Assembly: GCA_964016885.1 (NCBI GenBank)
Contig: OZ024741.1
Span: 14,942,001 to 15,006,000 of the forward strand
DNA: 64,000 nt
From: Eledone cirrhosa
Lineage: Eukaryota
Direction of reading: 5' to 3'
The translations under genes were made by a program, and so were the position numbers. Below the pieces are notes generated by a model. That model did not search any database and was not told the origin of the DNA. It saw nothing but the letters and a program-made list of their open reading frames with translations. Below, one piece after another: positions 61,400-64,000 of this stretch (position 1 is the stretch's first letter; the number at the start of each line of letters is the position of its first letter).

Positions 61400-61453
61400 A
61401 TATAGAAATATATATATATATATATACATATATATACATATATATATATATAA

Positions 61454-61493
<40 letters not shown>

Positions 61494-61845
61494 GTATATA
61501 TATTCATATAAATTTATATATATCATAAATATATATCATATATATACAAATATATATCTATAGATATATTATATCTATCTATATGTATTTATAACAACTA
61601 GAAATTGATTAACATAAAAATAAACATATGAAACAGTCACAGGGGATAATTTTTACAAGTGTGTAAGCACACATAGCTAGGTAGGTAACTAAATAAAGTT
61701 AATTAGAACTTTAAAAACAATCAAAATTCAATTGATTTAGATTAAATTCACCTTGATTTATCTTAATTTTGGATATATATATATATGTATTTATATATAT
61801 ATATATCTATATCTCTAAATATATTATATATTTATATATATATAC

Positions 61846-62009
<164 letters not shown>

Positions 62010-62099
62010 TATATATATATATTATCCACTCTACTATCCTAAGTATTGAGTACTCTGGTGCGCTATGGTCCTTCTGGTTCCTTACCACACTCCCTTCGT

Positions 62100-62130
<31 letters not shown>

Positions 62131-62406
62131 GTAAAATGGAATAAACATTACAATACAACGGGACGAAACACAATAGTACCGCTGATGATGTCACAGATGT
62201 GCAACGAAAGAACTTTGATAGACTATATATATATATTTATATCTGTATTTTTAACCGTTGGTCAATCAATGATAAACATTGATTGCCAGATAAATTAACT
62301 ATGGAGATATAAAAGATACAGAAAAAAACCCAATCCAAACCATACAGTGAGTGTGTTTTATTATTATTTCTGGCATTATTATAACAATATAACCCTCCCC
62401 AAATAT

Positions 62407-62822
<416 letters not shown>

Positions 62823-62952
62823 CTGTATGTGTGTGTGTGTCTATGTCTGCGTCTGTGTGTATAAATGTATATATATTTTTGAATAATGTTTCTTTTCAAA
62901 TTATTATTTTTCATTTGACTTTAAACTAGTTGTTGTCATGGTAGAGGACGTC

Positions 62953-63091
<139 letters not shown>

Positions 63092-63094
63092 AAT

Positions 63095-63232
63095 AGTAAT
63101 AATAATAAATGTGAAGACTAAAATCCAAAGAGGGCTCGATAGGGATAAATATATATGAAATATTTTCAGAAGATCCCGTTAAGGGTGAAAGCAGCGATTC
63201 TTTGCTTAAACTTTAATCTGTTATTTTAATAA
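63095..63232. mobile_element. H4 copy (inverted tail joined to the CAGAAGA core at 63167)
   Basis: Identical core and stem II/III to 26806-26860. Confidence 0.8.
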
Positions 63233-63240
63233 ATAAATAA

Positions 63241-63319
<79 letters not shown>

Positions 63320-64000
63320 TGAGTGTGTGTGTGTGTATGTGTATAATGTTGTTAGAGTGTGTGTATGTGTATAATGTTGTTACAGGTGTAGGTACCAAAT
63401 CAATCACTCTATGCGCAGGCAGAGTGTATATAATGTAAAAAATAGATCGATGTTTTGTTTACATATAAAAAATATTTACTGTATACCGACCTGGTACGCG
63501 CGTTTCGCAGAGGATTGGCTCAAGTTAACCTATAGGAGTTATGGACCCGTGTCCTGTATCGAGTTATTCATCAGACTGGTGATGTGACAAAATATCTTTT
63601 GTCGCAAATACATTGTGTCAATAAATATTTTTTATATATAAACGAAACCTCCTCCTTTTATTCTATTATATATATATATACGTGTGTGTGTGTCAACATA
63701 TATACATAAATAAATGTATGTATGTGCGTATGTATGTATATATATATATATATATATGTATGTATAATTTTCTTATATCAAATATTACCTACATTTTAAA
63801 TAGAATATATGTATATAATTTTCTAAATAGAATATATGTATATGGCAAATTTAATGCATTAAATTTCTCATTCACACACACATGCACACACACGCACACA
63901 CACACGCGCGCACACGCGCACACATACGCACGCACACACACATGCACACACACGCGCACACACACGCACGCACACACACATACGCACACACGCGCACACA

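Noticed and set aside
63490-63580. HHR on minus (CTGATGA...GAAACGCGCGTA)
   Set aside because: About 60 nt between the core halves with no convincing stem II, and the stem I strands are not complementary

Overview
Very AT-rich, microsatellite-saturated eukaryotic DNA, intergenic or intronic. The SINE families and repeat landscape suggest a coleoid cephalopod, probably Octopus (inference). No complete protein-coding gene is present. Almost all listed ORFs are read-throughs of simple repeats. The recognisable coding remnants are decayed non-LTR retrotransposons (RTE, R4/Dong-like, CRE-like), plus one weak candidate first exon. The main signal is a set of at least 8 families of short non-coding elements, most embedded in (TA)n tracts, that carry type I hammerhead ribozyme (HHR) folds or the 3' half of one. 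They recur as head-to-head fold-backs with both 3' ends facing outward. The set includes a 310-bp HHR tandem array with an internal inversion (13935-16209) that resembles a rolling-circle retrozyme or Penelope-type insertion. Several families carry non-canonical catalytic cores: U3-A8 with stem covariation, U4A, and U10.1·U11.1. One tRNA-headed element has the same architecture. All RNA folds were read by eye, and boundaries are approximate to a few bases.
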